A stretch of 64,000 nucleotides of DNA, from contig MU006091.1 in NCBI GenBank assembly GCA_010093705.1, forward strand, positions 744,001 to 808,000, given 5' to 3'. Origin of the DNA: Patellaria atrata CBS 101060. Lineage: Eukaryota. Position 1 is the stretch's first letter, and every line of letters begins with the position of its first letter. Positions 62,161 to 64,000 of the stretch are shown piece after piece. The translations under genes were made by a program, and so were the position numbers. The notes under the pieces were generated by a model. The model made no database searches. It saw only the letters and a program-made list of their open reading frames with translations, and had not been told where the DNA came from.

Positions 62161-62213
62161 CAGTCTTCCGTACAGCTCAGTCTTTCGTACAGCTCAGTCT
62201 TTCGTGCAGTTCA
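62161..62213. repeat. 17-bp tandem repeat, 3 copies
   Basis: CAGTCTTCCGTACAGCT CAGTCTTTCGTACAGCT CAGTCTTTCGTGCAGTT. Confidence 0.85.
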
Positions 62214-62667
62214 CTCGTTTCTTACGTTCCCACATTTAAGTGCCGCCAAATTGTTGGTACTGTAGAATTCTGAATATAGGTCTGAAGTAACTTCACTGAC
62301 GACGGGACGTCTCTGAGAGTGCCAGAACACTTCAGGAAGCATACATCAGTGAGAAAAGGGAGCTCAAGTTGGGAGGTTAACAGCGAGCAATTGAGGGGGT
62401 TATGTAATGTAACACGTAGGTTTCTGTAACAATATGAAAGGATGGTTAGGACTTACTCTGGAATAGTTGAGTATTGATTAATCTCGTAAAGACTCCAAGC
62501 TCCATTCTCTAGTTCAACTTCTTTTTCAGACCCATATCTAACGAACCTTCAACAGCAATGAAAGAATATGACCGATCATCAACAACGTCTGTACAGAGTG
62601 AGTAACCATTACGAAATTTAGCAATGATACAGTAATATGACAAAAAGAGCTTTCCAAGTCGACCCGA

Positions 62668-63485
62668 CTACAAAAACCCTGCAGCAAATGCAGCAATACC
62701 TCCAACGAAAATGCCTCCAATAGAGTGACTAAATGCGCTTGCTCCACCTGTGCTCGTTGGGTTTTCTTCTGCGGATGTTTGAGTTTCCGAGGTAAGTACA
62801 GTAGTGATTGCAGAATCGGTAGAAACACCGGATTCGACAGCTGTGGATTCTGAAATAACCGTCTCTACTGTTTCCGTCTCCACTGCCGTCGACCCTGGCA
62901 TTGTAGGAGCAGCCGTGGTTCTCCGCGTTGCGGACGGAGAGTCAGTCAAATCTGCTGACCCCGTGTTCACGGGACCATTCACGATCGTGACGTCCTGCGT
63001 GACAACGGAATCAAAACTTGTGGTGGCAACTTCTGTTCCTGGACATCCATCGCACGAGAGCGTAACTGCTGCAACGCTTCCCGAAATGGACCATTCAATA
63101 TACTCCGTTACCGAGTTTCTAATTAATGTTAGAATGGTAAAGAGGAAGGGGAGACGGTTTCACCCACATTCCCTCAGTCTCGACTGGAACAACGTAGGTT
63201 GCTCTTATATACGGCAATGCATATGTTACTGCGGGTGAAAGCTCACAGCCTGGCTCCTGGTCTGGATCGCAAGCGATTCTGAACGTGGTCGTTGAGCCTT
63301 GCTAGAAGTTTATATCAGTTAGAAGTCAGGGCGGTGCGAAGGTTGAGTCTTACGGTGCCCAAGATTGAAATAGATATAGGTCGATTATCCTCTTCAGGTG
63401 ACCCAGGAAGGACCATCTGTGTGACAACCTGGGCATAGCTATGCGCGATCGTAAAAAGCCCTGCAAGCAATGCTAGCTTAGGCAT
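62668..63485 (-). CDS. Secreted Ser/Thr-rich, probably GPI-anchored cell-surface protein (3 exons)
   Basis: Signal peptide MPKLALLAGLFTIAHSYA, STTTFRIAC..C, S/T/E-rich stalk, omega-like STGGA, then hydrophobic C-terminus IGGIFVGGIAAFAAGFL. Confidence 0.8.
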
Positions 63486-64000
63486 TTTTTCAGATTTAGC
63501 GAGTGAGATCTATGTTATCTCAGTTATCAGAGTCTCTCTAAGGTGTTGTGTTTAATGGATGTGTAACAACAATATAGGTGATTTGATACAGTATTCTGAA
63601 TGATATATAAAAGGTAATTTAGAGAGTCAAAGAGCAGACGTTTTAAACAATGAAGTCTTGTAACCGCCAGCCAAGAGATGCTCGTGTTGATATCGTTTTA
63701 TAGGATCAAGGGGATATTGGTAAGGCTGACTCGACGATGCGCTAAGCGAGTTTAGAGGCAAAAGCCCCTTTTTATTTACGTTTCTGATATCCCAAGCGAG
63801 AGATTCGAAGTCATCAAATATTATTATAGATATTACCGTCAAACCTGTGGCCTGTTTTTCTGCAATCAAGATGCCAATAGTAGGACATTCGCCAATATCT
63901 CCTTCACCTCGCACAGAAATTCGATTTGATATACCTGCATCCGGAGCAGCAAATGGCCCCAGTTCAACCTATCTCATTTTTTTCATCCCGGGCAATCCAG

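Noticed and set aside
62161..62213. Direct repeats considered as a CRISPR-like array
   Set aside because: Units are contiguous with no spacers, and the context is eukaryotic; this is a simple minisatellite.
63627..63914. 95-aa minus-strand ORF at the right edge
   Set aside because: No recognisable motif. It could be the tail of a gene outside the window but cannot be supported here.

Overview
Gene-dense genomic DNA from a filamentous ascomycete (Pezizomycotina-type). Short GT-AG spliceosomal introns with CTRAC/CTAAY branch points occur throughout. I can support about 28 protein-coding loci, one U4 spliceosomal snRNA gene, a probable decayed Fot1/pogo-type transposon remnant and several short repeats. 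The left ~36 kb is mostly conserved genes: cellobiose dehydrogenase divergently paired with an AA9 LPMO, Pom34, an AMP-binding-like protein, an NCS1 permease, U4, a MAT2B/RmlD-like reductase, dephospho-CoA kinase, CFIm25, lanosterol synthase, Rad9/Crb2, a GH105-like hydrolase and Ste23/IDE. The right ~27 kb is more accessory: EthD, an MFS transporter, an acid-ceramidase-like protein, a SnoaL-like protein, a PAF-acetylhydrolase, a HET protein, a Cys-rich multi-pass membrane protein, an IFI27-like protein, an EI24/Rrt8 protein, a methyltransferase-GFA fusion, a T5orf172/DUF1766 protein and a GPI protein. Highlights are the head-to-head CDH/LPMO redox pair, the very long LPMO introns, the intronless methyltransferase-GFA fusion, possible multi-organelle targeting signals and repeated sharp C-rich-to-G-rich strand-skew switches. 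Gene models were spliced by eye and no database searches were run, so family calls rest on recognised motifs.
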